Below, piece after piece: positions 7,825-18,958 of a DNA stretch of 64,000 bases; within the stretch, counting starts at the first letter, position 1; each line of letters opens with the position of its first letter. The translations under genes were made by a program, and so were the position numbers. Source of the stretch: Verrucomicrobiota bacterium (GTDB lineage Bacteria; Verrucomicrobiota; Verrucomicrobiia; Limisphaerales; J093); contig JBEKGJ010000019.1 in assembly GCA_050012855.1 (NCBI GenBank), forward strand, positions 837-64,836, in the 5' to 3' direction. The notes beneath the pieces are model-generated. The model worked only from the letters and a program-made list of their open reading frames with translations. It searched no databases and was not told where the DNA came from.

Positions 7825-10800
7825 ATGAAGTCGTTTACTGACCTTTTCATCCGGCGGCCCATTCTGGCGCTGGTGGTGAACCTGGTGATCGTCATCGCCG
7901 GAGTCCAGGCCATCCGAAACCTGACGGTCCGGCAATACCCGCGCAGCGAAAACGCCACCATCACCGTGACCACGGTGTACGTGGGCGCCAGCGCGGACCT
8001 GGTGCGCGGTTTCATCACCACGCCGCTCGAACGGACCATCGCCGCGGCCGATGGAATTGATTACCTCTCGTCTTCGAGCACGCTCGGCCTTTCCACCATC
8101 ACCGCCCGGCTCAAGCTCAACTACGACGCGAACAAGGCGTTGGCGGAAATCAGCTCGAAGGTGGACCAGGTGCGCAACGATCTGCCGCCCGAGGCCCAGG
8201 TGCCGGTCATCAACATCACCTCGGCCGATTCCCAGTTCGCCTCGGCCTATCTGAATTTCACTTCCGACATCCTCGAGGCCAACCAGATCACCGATTACCT
8301 GGTGCGGGTGGTCCAGCCCCGGCTTTCGGCGCTGGCGGGGGTGCAGCGCGCCGACATTCTGGGCGGCCGCACCTTTGCGATGCGGATCTGGCTCAAGCCC
8401 GATCGCATGGCCGCCTTCAACATCAACCCGTCCCAGGTGCGGGATGCGCTGGCGGCGAACAACTTCCTCTCCGCCATCGGCCAGACCAAGGGCTCGCTGA
8501 TCCAGGTCAACCTGACCGCGAACACGGACCTGCGGTCGGTCGAGGAGTTCCGCAACCTCGTCGTGCGCCAGGAGGGCGACCGCCTGGTACGGTTGCGCGA
8601 CCTCGCCGACGTGGTGCTGGGGGCGGAGAACTACGACGCCGAAGTGCGGTTCGGCGGCGCGCGCGCGGTCTTCATGGGCATCTGGCCGCTGCCCAACGCG
8701 AACTCGCTCGAGGTCATCCAGCGGGTGCGCGCCGAACTGGCCTCGATCCAGAAGGAACTGCCGACCGGGCTGACGGGCGGCATGGCCTACGACGCAACGA
8801 AGTACATTGACGACGCGATTCATGAAGTGTTGAAGACGCTGAGCGAAACCCTGCTGATCGTGGCGATCGTAATCTTCCTGTTCCTCGGCTCGCTGCGTTC
8901 GGTGTTGGTCCCGCTGGTGGCCATCCCGGTCTCGCTCATCGGCGCCGTGTTCCTCATGCAGGTTTTCGGTTTCAGCCTCAATCTGCTCACGCTGCTGGCG
9001 ATTGTGTTGTCCGTCGGACTCGTGGTGGACGACGCCATCGTGATCGTCGAGAACGTGGAACGGCATATTCGGGAAGGCCAGTTGCCCGTGAAGGCGGCGG
9101 TGTTGGGCGCGCGCGAACTGGTCAGCCCGGTCATCGCCATGACCATCACCCTGGCGGCGGTGTACGCCCCGATCGGCCTGCAAGGCGGGCTGACGGGTTC
9201 CCTGTTCCGCGAATTTGCCTTCACCCTGGCGGGCGCCGTGTTCATCTCCGGCATCGTGGCCCTCACCCTTTCGCCCGTGATGTCGTCGCGGCTGCTGGAT
9301 CCCGGACGCGAGGAGCACGGACTGGTGGGCCGGATCAACCGCGACTTCGACCGTCTCCGGCGGGCGTATGGCCGGGTGCTTAACGTCACGCTCTCGGCGC
9401 GGCCAGCCGTTTATGTCGTCTGGATCGTGTTGAGCCTGCTGGCGATCCCGATGTTTGTGATGGCGCCCAAGGAACTGGCCCCGCTCGAGGACCAGGGATT
9501 CGTCATGGGCGTCGTCGAGGCCCCGGCCGATGCGACAATTGACCAGACGGTCTTCTACACCGAGGCGCTCAACCGCGAGTTGCTCAGCGTTCCGGAGGCC
9601 GCCCAGACGTTCCAAATCACGTTTCCCGACAACGGCTTCAGCGGCCTCGTGCTCAAACCGTGGGGCGAACGCAAGCGCACGGCGTTTCAGATCACGCCCT
9701 GGTTGCAGCCGAAGGTCAATCGCATCACCGGCATTCGCACGTTCGTGGCGCTGCCCCCGGCGCTGCCGGGCGGAGGCCAGTTCCCGGTGGAGATGGTCAT
9801 TGTCGCCACCGCCGAGCCCGAGACGATCCTGAAGTTCGCCGAGCAGTTGCAGGCCAAGGCGGCCGCCAGCGGCATGTTTGCTTTTCCACCGCAGATTGAC
9901 ACGAAGATTGACCAGCCGCAGATCGAGGTTCAACTGGACCGCGACAAGGTGGCCGCCCTCGGCCTGAACATGGCGGACGTGGGCGCCGACCTCGGCACCT
10001 TGGTGGGCGGCAACTACGTGAATCGTTTCAGCTTCGATGGCCGAAGCTACAAGGTGATTCCGCAGGTCAAGCGGATCGAACGCCTCAACGCCGACCAGCT
10101 TGAGCGCACCTATGTGAAGGGACCAAGCGGGCGCCTGGTGCCGTTGAGCACCTTCGCCACGCTCAAGAAGACCGTGCAACCGCGCTCGCTGAACCGGTTC
10201 CAGCAGTTCAACGCGGTGAAACTCAGCGGGGTTGCCATCCGCCCATTGGACGAGGCGCTCCGATTCCTGGAGGACGAGGCGGCGCGGATTCTGCCCAAGG
10301 GTTACAAGCTGGATTACACCGGCGAATCGCGGCAACTGCGGGTCGAAGGCACCAAGTTCCTGCCGGCGTTCCTGCTCGCGATGACCTTGATCTTCCTGGT
10401 GCTGGCCGCCCAGTTCAACAGCTTCCGCGATCCCCTCATCATCCTGCTCGGTTCGGTACCGCTGGCCATGTTCGGCGCGCTGATCTTCAGCTTCCTCAAG
10501 ATGCCCGGCCAGGGCACGCCGTTCTTTACCAACGGGTGGACCACCACGCTGAACATTTATTCGCAGGTCGGGCTGGTCACCCTTGTCGGCCTGGTTTCCA
10601 AGAACGGCATTCTGATCGTGCAATTCGCCAACGAACTGCAACGCACCGGCCTGACGAAACTCGAGGCCGTGCGGCAGGCCGCGCTGGTCCGGCTGCGTCC
10701 GGTGTTGATGACCAGCGCCGCCACCATCTGCGGCCACTTCCCGCTCACGCTGGTCAGCGGCGCCGGCGCGGCAGCGCGGAATTCCATCGGCATCACCATC

Positions 10801-10974
10801 GTGGCGGGCATGAGCCTGGGCACGATCTTCACGCTGCTGGTGATTCCTTCGATCTACGTGCTGATCGCCCGCCAGCACGCGGGCGAGGAGCCCGGCGCCA
10901 TCGCCCGGGACTTCGAGCAGGCCGCCCACGACCACACCGGCGGCCCGCTGGCTCTGGCGGCCGCGCCAAAATGA
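7825..10974 (+). CDS. RND efflux permease (AcrB/MdtB-like, 1049 aa)
   Basis: MKSFTDLFIRRPILALVVNLVIVIAG..., VGLVVDDAIVIVENVERH, VGLVSKNGILIVQFANE. Follows the adaptor gene after 15 nt. Confidence 0.95.
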   Translation: MKSFTDLFIRRPILALVVNLVIVIAGVQAIRNLTVRQYPRSENATITVTTVYVGASADLVRGFITTPLERTIAAADGIDYLSSSSTLGLSTITARLKLNYDANKALAEISSKVDQVRNDLPPEAQVPVINITSADSQFASAYLNFTSDILEANQITDYLVRVVQPRLSALAGVQRADILGGRTFAMRIWLKPDRMAAFNINPSQVRDALAANNFLSAIGQTKGSLIQVNLTANTDLRSVEEFRNLVVRQEGDRLVRLRDLADVVLGAENYDAEVRFGGARAVFMGIWPLPNANSLEVIQRVRAELASIQKELPTGLTGGMAYDATKYIDDAIHEVLKTLSETLLIVAIVIFLFLGSLRSVLVPLVAIPVSLIGAVFLMQVFGFSLNLLTLLAIVLSVGLVVDDAIVIVENVERHIREGQLPVKAAVLGARELVSPVIAMTITLAAVYAPIGLQGGLTGSLFREFAFTLAGAVFISGIVALTLSPVMSSRLLDPGREEHGLVGRINRDFDRLRRAYGRVLNVTLSARPAVYVVWIVLSLLAIPMFVMAPKELAPLEDQGFVMGVVEAPADATIDQTVFYTEALNRELLSVPEAAQTFQITFPDNGFSGLVLKPWGERKRTAFQITPWLQPKVNRITGIRTFVALPPALPGGGQFPVEMVIVATAEPETILKFAEQLQAKAAASGMFAFPPQIDTKIDQPQIEVQLDRDKVAALGLNMADVGADLGTLVGGNYVNRFSFDGRSYKVIPQVKRIERLNADQLERTYVKGPSGRLVPLSTFATLKKTVQPRSLNRFQQFNAVKLSGVAIRPLDEALRFLEDEAARILPKGYKLDYTGESRQLRVEGTKFLPAFLLAMTLIFLVLAAQFNSFRDPLIILLGSVPLAMFGALIFSFLKMPGQGTPFFTNGWTTTLNIYSQVGLVTLVGLVSKNGILIVQFANELQRTGLTKLEAVRQAALVRLRPVLMTSAATICGHFPLTLVSGAGAAARNSIGITIVAGMSLGTIFTLLVIPSIYVLIARQHAGEEPGAIARDFEQAAHDHTGGPLALAAAPK

Positions 10975-11107
10975 GCCGCGCCCCCGGCATCCTCCCGACC
11001 GAAGAGCGGTGTCGCCGTGAGTGAGGCCGGGGGGCTTTGCATCCACGCGCAGGATTGCAAATTGTCGTGCCGGTGATACATGCTCTTTTAGTTGTGAGTG
11101 AGTAATT

Positions 11108-11461
11108 ATGCCCACATATCATTACATCTGCGAAAAGTGCGGACACGAGTTTGACTACTTTCAGTCCATGAACGACAGACCTTTGCGGCTCTGTCTGCGA
11201 GATAATTGCGGCCGGAAAACGTGGGGCAAGGGCCGCGTCCGACGCGAAGTGGGCACGGGCGCCGGCTTCCTTTTCAAGGGCGCGGGTTTCTACGCGACCG
11301 ATTATCGCAGCGCCACTTACCAGAAGGGAGCCAAGGAAGCCGCCGCCAGCAACGCGGCCGGCGACAAGGCCAAACCCGGCGCGGGCGGAAACGACACCGC
11401 CAAGCCGGCCAAAACCGACAGCCCAGCGCCGACGAAACCCGCCGGCGACGGCGCGAAATAG
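11108..11461 (+). CDS. FmdB-family zinc-ribbon protein (117 aa)
   Basis: MPTYHYICEKCGHEFDYFQSMNDRPLRLC...C, with CxxC...CxxxxC spacing and a GAGFYATDYRS motif typical of the family. Confidence 0.8.
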   Translation: MPTYHYICEKCGHEFDYFQSMNDRPLRLCLRDNCGRKTWGKGRVRREVGTGAGFLFKGAGFYATDYRSATYQKGAKEAAASNAAGDKAKPGAGGNDTAKPAKTDSPAPTKPAGDGAK

Positions 11462-11462
11462 C

Positions 11463-12929
11463 ATGATGACGTGCGCCCGACGACCCTTCCGGACGCTGCC
11501 TGCCGGGCTGTGGGTGACGCTGGCGTGGCTGGCCGCGGCGGGTGGCTGGCTGGAGGCGGCCGCGACCGACGGGCCCGGGTTCCCGCACCAGCCCACCATC
11601 TACAGTCGCTCTGGCCAGTTCGTCATCCACAGCCGGCAGTTCACCACGCCGACCCTGCGGCAACCCCTCGGCGCCACGAACCGCGCCTACGTCGTAATCC
11701 AGCCCGACGCCCTGGCAGTGTCGGCGGAGCGGGTCAAGCAACGGTTGTTGGGCGAACTGGCGGCGCCCGACCGGTGGCGCAATCGGATTCATCTGTTAAT
11801 CGTGAAGGGAGACCAAGTCGCCGCGCCCCCGGTCCCGATGGCCGCCCTGTTTTCCGACGGTTGGCAGTATAGTCTTCGGGTTCCCGAGCGGGTCGAAGCC
11901 GGGGCGCTGGTGCGCGCGCTCGTCGAGGTGCTCCTGATGGAAATCGCCAACCGCTACCCGGGTTCGCACCCGCCCGAAATCCCGCGCTGGCTGGCGGATG
12001 GGCTCGCCGGCCTCATGCTGACGGAAGTGGGCCCCGATCTGGTGCCGCAGAGCAACGACCTGCTGGATCGGCTCGCGAATGGCTGGGGCCAGTTGCGCGA
12101 GAACACGCGCGTGGGGCGTTACTTTGGGCGCGACACGGAATTGCGGAACTTTCTACAGCAGCATCCGCCCCTGACCTTCAATGACCTGACGTTGCCACCG
12201 CCCGAGGTCCTGGCAGGCAACCAGCGCAATGTGTTTGAGGCTTGTTCGCAGTTGCTCGTGCAGGAACTGCTCCGCCTGCCCAACGGCCGGGCCTTGTGCT
12301 GGGAAATGCTGGCGCGGCTCACGCAGTCCTTCAACTGGCAGACGGCTTTCATGCGGACTTATGGACGGTATTTTCCGCAGATGGTGGACGTGGAGAAATG
12401 GTGGGCGGTAACCCTGCTCCAGTTTTCCGGCCGCGAGGCGGCGAACAATTGGTCCCGGGCCGCCACCCTACAGGAACTCGACCAGGTGCTCGGCGTGCCG
12501 GTGGCGGTGCGCCCCAGCCGGGAGGCCGCGCCCGAAAACGCGGTCGTGCCGATTCAACGGGCCGTCGCCGAACTGCCGCTGCCGCAGCAGGCGCGCGTGC
12601 TCCGCACCAAGATCGGGCAGTTGGAGATGTTGCAGGCCAACGCCGCACCGGAACTCGTGCCGCTCGTCACCGGCTACCTCGTGGCCATCCAAGAATACCT
12701 GGCCGAGCGCGCCGGAGCCAGCACCAGCCTGGGCGAAAAGGGTCGGCCCGCGGCCAACGTCCCGCTGACCTTGCGCCGCCTCACCCTGCGCCTGGCCGCC
12801 CTCGACACGGAGCGCGCGACGGCGACGCAGGCGCCGCAGCCCAATCCGCCGGCGGGCGGAAAAGTCTCCGCCCCGACGCCGGTGGCGGTGGGGAAAGCTT
12901 CGCGGGCGGCCCCGGCGGGCGCACGGTGA
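11463..12929 (+). CDS. hypothetical secreted protein (488 aa)
   Basis: Signal-peptide-like N-terminus (LPAGLWVTLAWLAAAGGWLEAAA). Long clean ORF with codon-position GC bias. No family recognised. Confidence 0.6.
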   Translation: MMTCARRPFRTLPAGLWVTLAWLAAAGGWLEAAATDGPGFPHQPTIYSRSGQFVIHSRQFTTPTLRQPLGATNRAYVVIQPDALAVSAERVKQRLLGELAAPDRWRNRIHLLIVKGDQVAAPPVPMAALFSDGWQYSLRVPERVEAGALVRALVEVLLMEIANRYPGSHPPEIPRWLADGLAGLMLTEVGPDLVPQSNDLLDRLANGWGQLRENTRVGRYFGRDTELRNFLQQHPPLTFNDLTLPPPEVLAGNQRNVFEACSQLLVQELLRLPNGRALCWEMLARLTQSFNWQTAFMRTYGRYFPQMVDVEKWWAVTLLQFSGREAANNWSRAATLQELDQVLGVPVAVRPSREAAPENAVVPIQRAVAELPLPQQARVLRTKIGQLEMLQANAAPELVPLVTGYLVAIQEYLAERAGASTSLGEKGRPAANVPLTLRRLTLRLAALDTERATATQAPQPNPPAGGKVSAPTPVAVGKASRAAPAGAR

Positions 12930-12996
12930 CCGGCGGCACGGGGCACGAGAGCACATTTGGCTTGGAAGCCGGCGAAACTCATTTTAACTTCGGGTC

Positions 12997-13284
12997 ATGT
13001 CGAAGACATCCGGCAAGCACCGGCAGGCGATCATGCTTGGCGTCGGCCTTGACACCGACGGACACAAGCGGCTGACAACGGGGCCGAATTTTGCCCTGGT
13101 CGGCGGCACCGCGGAGACGCACGAGTCCATGACCGAAACCGCCCTCAAGATCAACGAGAAGCTCGCCGAGCGTGGCAAGCGCCTCGAAGAGGTGTGCCCG
13201 CAGGAATTCGACGACATCGCCCAGTCGGTGGGACTGCAGCGCCATGAACCGCGAACCGGCCCCCGGCCCCCGGCCACCAACTGA
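12997..13284 (+). CDS. small conserved hypothetical protein (95 aa)
   Basis: MSKTSGKHRQAIMLGVGLDTDGHKRLTTGPNFALVGGTAETHESM... Plausible globular composition; lies just upstream of nuoA. Confidence 0.5.
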   Translation: MSKTSGKHRQAIMLGVGLDTDGHKRLTTGPNFALVGGTAETHESMTETALKINEKLAERGKRLEEVCPQEFDDIAQSVGLQRHEPRTGPRPPATN

Positions 13285-13375
13285 CCGGCACCGCCCCGCT
13301 TGACGTGCCGCGCGGGCGCTCCTAGGGTTGGTCCCTGCGTGCGCGGGAGAATGCGGCGCGGGTTAAGCAAACGAT

Positions 13376-13753
13376 ATGCCGGATAACGGTCATCCTTATT
13401 TGTTCCTGGCCCTCTTTGTCGGCATCGGGGCGGCTTTCTGCCTGGGAATGCTGGGCCTGGCCCGGCTCTGGGCGGCGCTGGTGTCCCCGGCCAAACCCGG
13501 CCCTTCCAAGAACGCCCCCTACGAATGCAGCGTCGAAGCGCGCGGCGATGCCTGGGTGCGGTTCCGTTCCGCTTATTACCTGTATGCAATCATCTTTCTG
13601 ATCTTCGATGTGGAGACGGTGTTTCTGCTGCCGTTTGCGGTGGCCTTCACGCGTCTGTCGGCCGGGGCGTTTGTGGCGATGATGGTGTTCCTGTTGCTGC
13701 TGGTGGAGGGGCTGGTCTGGGCCTGGCGGAAAGGCGTGCTGGCATGGCACTGA
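13376..13753 (+). CDS. nuoA: NADH-quinone oxidoreductase subunit A
   Basis: [41 protein letters not shown] is the hallmark NuoA/ND3 segment. Confidence 0.9.
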   Translation: MPDNGHPYLFLALFVGIGAAFCLGMLGLARLWAALVSPAKPGPSKNAPYECSVEARGDAWVRFRSAYYLYAIIFLIFDVETVFLLPFAVAFTRLSAGAFVAMMVFLLLLVEGLVWAWRKGVLAWH

Positions 13754-13790
13754 CCCGCCCCAACGGATCGCCGGCACCGGGAGGCGACCC

Positions 13791-14411
<621 letters not shown>

Positions 14412-14450
14412 GCGGCAGCGCGGGAACGTCCATTTGAGCTGAATCGTTTC

Positions 14451-15082
14451 GTGGAAAACCTGGAAGCCATCAAAGCGCGTTTGGAATCGCTCGTCCCCGG
14501 TGCGCAACTGGCCGTCGTGCCGAACAGCGCGGTCCCCGCGGCGGCTTCCCTGGCCGTGGACCCCGCGCACGCGGTCGCCGTGGCCCGGTTCCTGCGCGAC
14601 GATCCCGGGCTCCGGCTCGACTTCTGTTCCAACGTCACCGGCGTGGACTGGCTCGAAGCGGTCGTCAAGGAGAAGGTCAAGTCGCGCAAGCTGGTTGACG
14701 GGATGGAGAAGGAGGTCGAGGAAACCGTCGAGCACAAGCGCCCCGGCTATCTGGAGGCGGTGTATCATCTCTACTCGGTGGAACTGAAACACGGGCCGCT
14801 GGTGTTGCGGCAGCGCACGGCCAACCGCATGGATCAGGTGCGCGTGACCTCCCTCACGCCGGTCTGGCGCAGCGCCGAGTTCCAGGAACGCGAAGCCTAC
14901 GATCTCTTCGGGATTCTCTTCGACGGTCATCCGGACCTCCGCCGCATCCTGATGTGGGAGGAGTTTCAGGATCATCCGATGCGGAAGGATTATGTGGAGC
15001 CGGACGACTTCGAGTACGAGCCCACGCCGCACAACGAGGTGCTGGCGAAGGCCCGGCGCCATTATCCGTTGGAGGAGCGCGC

Positions 15083-15086
<4 letters not shown>
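14451..15086 (+). CDS. nuoC: NADH-quinone oxidoreductase subunit C
   Basis: [35 protein letters not shown] is the NuoC signature. GTG start. Its stop overlaps the nuoD start (ATGA). Confidence 0.9.
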
Positions 15087-16326
<1,240 letters not shown>

Positions 16327-16330
<4 letters not shown>

Positions 16331-16938
16331 GTCTGTTGGGGGCCGGCATCATCAAGGGCCTGGTCGAAACGGCCCGGAATTTCGTGGGCAGCTACCATGA
16401 CCCGGAGCGGTTGACGACCGTCGAGTATCCGGAGGAACGGCTGGCGCTGCCCGAGAACGCGCGCAGCTTTCCGATGCTCATCTTCGACAACGACCCGGTC
16501 AAGGGGCTCCGGTGCGTGGCCTGCAAGATTTGCGAGAAGGAATGCCCGCCGCAGTGCATCTACATTGTCCAGGACCGGGACCCGCGGGGCAAGCCGCTCA
16601 AATTCCCGCGCATCTTCGACATTGACCTCTCGGTTTGCATGAGCTGCCAGATCTGCGTCGAGGTGTGCCCGTTCGACGCGATCAAGATGAACACCGAGTT
16701 CGAGTTGAGCACGGAGGATCGCTTCGGCGGGCTGATCCTGCGCCGGGAGGACCTGGCGAAGTCGAACGAATACTACCTCGAAATCCACCCGACCGAGGCG
16801 GCCGAAACGGATGCCCGTCTCGCCGCTGAAAACGCCAAGGCAGAAGCCAAGTCCAGGGCGCCCGCGCCGGCAACGCCCGCGCCTCCGGCGGCCCTTCCAA
16901 AACCGCCCGCCGCGGCGAGCCCCGCCCCAACCACCTGA
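16327..16938 (+). CDS. nuoI: NADH-quinone oxidoreductase subunit I (2x[4Fe-4S])
   Basis: [12 protein letters not shown] and [12 protein letters not shown] motifs. ATGA overlap with nuoD. Placed before nuoH, unlike the usual H-I order. Pro/Ala-rich C-terminal tail. Confidence 0.9.
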
Positions 16939-16941
16939 GCC

Positions 16942-18138
16942 ATGGCGAACGCGCTCGACCAGATTTTTGTCAACCTCAAGCACTGGCTGCTGGCCTGGTT
17001 TCCATCGGCCTGGCAGCCGCTGATTTCGATGGTCATCTCCGCCGCGGCGATCATCGCTGTGTTCGGCTCGCTGTTCGCTGTCACCACGCTCGCCGAACGG
17101 AAGGGCCTCGGCCGGATTCAGAACCGGCCCGGCCCGAACCGGGTGGGCCCTTTCGGCATTTTGCAGCCGCTGGCGGATGCCGTGAAGATGCTCACCAAGG
17201 AGAGCATCATGCCGCAGGTGGCGGACCGGTTCATCTTTTTCCTGGCGCCTACGATGATGCTCATCCCCACCTTGCTCTCCTTCGCGGTGCTCCCCTACGG
17301 CCGCAACATGGCGGCGGTGGACTTCGACGCCGGGCTGCTGTTTTTCTTCGCCGTCGGCGCCAGCATTGAGATGTCCGTGTTCATGGCCGGCTGGTCGAGC
17401 CGCAACAAGCTCGCCCTGCTCGGCGCGATGCGCGCCATCGCCCAGATGATCTGTTACGAGCTGCCGCTGATCCTCTCGAGTGTGACGGTGGTGATGGTGA
17501 CAGGCTCGCTGTCGCTGGGACAGATTGTGGACAGCCAGGCCGGCTTTCATGGTGGCTGGCTGGCGCGCTGGCACGTTTTCACGCCCTGGGGTCTGGCGGG
17601 GTTCCTCCTGTTCATGACCGCCGCCACCGCCGAGTCCAACCGCGCGCCCTTCGACCTGCCGGAGGGCGAATCCGAACTCGTGGCCGGCCATCTCATCGAA
17701 TACTCGGGGTTCAAATACGCGTTGTTTTTCATGGGCGAGTACTTCGGAATGATGGCGGTGAGCGGACTCGGCATCACGCTGTTCCTCGGCGGCTGGCGGG
17801 CGCCGGTGGCCGGTCTGGACTGGGTGCCGTCCTATCTGTGGTTCTTCGGCAAGCTGGGGGTCTGCATCGCGGTGTTCATCTGGGTGCGGGGAACGCTGCC
17901 GCGGTTGCGGGCCGACCAGTTGATGAACTTCGCCTGGAAGTTCATGCTGCCGCTGACGTTGATCAACCTCGTCGCGGCCGCGGTCTGGCACTACACCGGG
18001 GTTTGGAGTTTCGGCGGGGCGGCGGCGGTGCGCTGGCTGCTGGGGGCGGCCCTAATCGGCGTGCCCTATGTCGTGCTCGGGCGGGCGCTCTACACCGGGC
18101 ACGGCCACGGACCGCGCACCTACCGTTACGCCACCTGA
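16942..18138 (+). CDS. nuoH: NADH-quinone oxidoreductase subunit H
   Basis: AERKGLGRIQNRPGPNRVGPFGILQPLADAVKM, ESNRAPFDLPEGESELVAGH, EYSG. Confidence 0.95.
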   Translation: MANALDQIFVNLKHWLLAWFPSAWQPLISMVISAAAIIAVFGSLFAVTTLAERKGLGRIQNRPGPNRVGPFGILQPLADAVKMLTKESIMPQVADRFIFFLAPTMMLIPTLLSFAVLPYGRNMAAVDFDAGLLFFFAVGASIEMSVFMAGWSSRNKLALLGAMRAIAQMICYELPLILSSVTVVMVTGSLSLGQIVDSQAGFHGGWLARWHVFTPWGLAGFLLFMTAATAESNRAPFDLPEGESELVAGHLIEYSGFKYALFFMGEYFGMMAVSGLGITLFLGGWRAPVAGLDWVPSYLWFFGKLGVCIAVFIWVRGTLPRLRADQLMNFAWKFMLPLTLINLVAAAVWHYTGVWSFGGAAAVRWLLGAALIGVPYVVLGRALYTGHGHGPRTYRYAT

Positions 18139-18142
18139 AACC

Positions 18143-18649
18143 ATGCACACCGGCTCACTCCTGCTTCTCGTCCTGACCCTCGGCAGCGCGGTCGCCGCAA
18201 TGTCCCTGCGGAACCTGGTGCACTGCGCGCTCTGCGCCGCCATCACCTTCCTCTGCCTGGCGGCGTATTTCCTCGCCCTCAGCGCGGAATTCGTCGGCTT
18301 CGCCCAGATCCTGGTCTATGTGGGCGCGGTCGCCATCCTGATTGTGATTGCGATCCTGGTGACCCGCGACATCGCTGAGCGGGGCGAGCCGCTCGTGTTC
18401 AAGCCGTGGATTCTCGGGGTCGGCGTGGCGGTGCTGGTGGCCGGCAGCCTCGTTTCTGCGGTGACCAGCAGTGCGTTGGCACGCGACCCGCTGCCGCCGG
18501 CACCGACGGCGACGGTCGAGGCGATCGGGGAAAAGCTGATGACCCACTACGTCGTGCCCCTGGAAGTCATCGGCCTGCTGCTGACGGTGGCGCTGCTGGG
18601 TGCGGTGCTGCTGGCGCGGCCGCAGAAGGAGGGAGGCAACCGTCCATGA
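18143..18649 (+). CDS. nuoJ: NADH-quinone oxidoreductase subunit J
   Basis: ATG at 18143 inside track ORF 18068-18649. AEFVGFAQILVYVGAVAILIVIAIL. Confidence 0.85.
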   Translation: MHTGSLLLLVLTLGSAVAAMSLRNLVHCALCAAITFLCLAAYFLALSAEFVGFAQILVYVGAVAILIVIAILVTRDIAERGEPLVFKPWILGVGVAVLVAGSLVSAVTSSALARDPLPPAPTATVEAIGEKLMTHYVVPLEVIGLLLTVALLGAVLLARPQKEGGNRP

Positions 18650-18957
18650 TGAGTCTGCAAAGCTATTTGATTCTCGCCGCGCTCTTGTTCAGCATCGGGC
18701 TGGCGGGCGCGCTGACGCGCCGCAACGCCGTCCTGGTCTTGGTCGGGATCGAACTCATGCTGAACGCCGCCAATCTCAATTTCATCGCCTTCTGGCGCTT
18801 CGGGCCGCATCCCGAGGCCCTGACCGGCATCCTGTTCGCCTTGTTTTCCATCGGCATCGCCGCGGCGGAGGCGGCCGTTGGCCTCTCCCTCATCATCGCC
18901 ATCCAACGCCACTATCAAACCACCAGCCTGGACCGGGTGGATTCGCTGAAGGGGTGA
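18646..18957 (+). CDS. nuoK: NADH-quinone oxidoreductase subunit K
   Basis: RRNAVLVLVGIELMLNAANLNFIAF...AAAEAAVGLSLIIAI. ATGA overlap with nuoJ. Confidence 0.9.
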   Translation: MMSLQSYLILAALLFSIGLAGALTRRNAVLVLVGIELMLNAANLNFIAFWRFGPHPEALTGILFALFSIGIAAAEAAVGLSLIIAIQRHYQTTSLDRVDSLKG

Positions 18958-18958
18958 G

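Noticed and set aside
6592-11115. 1507-aa ORF on the minus strand spanning the RND adaptor and pump genes
   Set aside because: It is antisense to two genes with unmistakable family signatures. Its translation is Arg/Gly/His/Asp/Gln-rich low complexity, typical of shadow ORFs in high-GC DNA.
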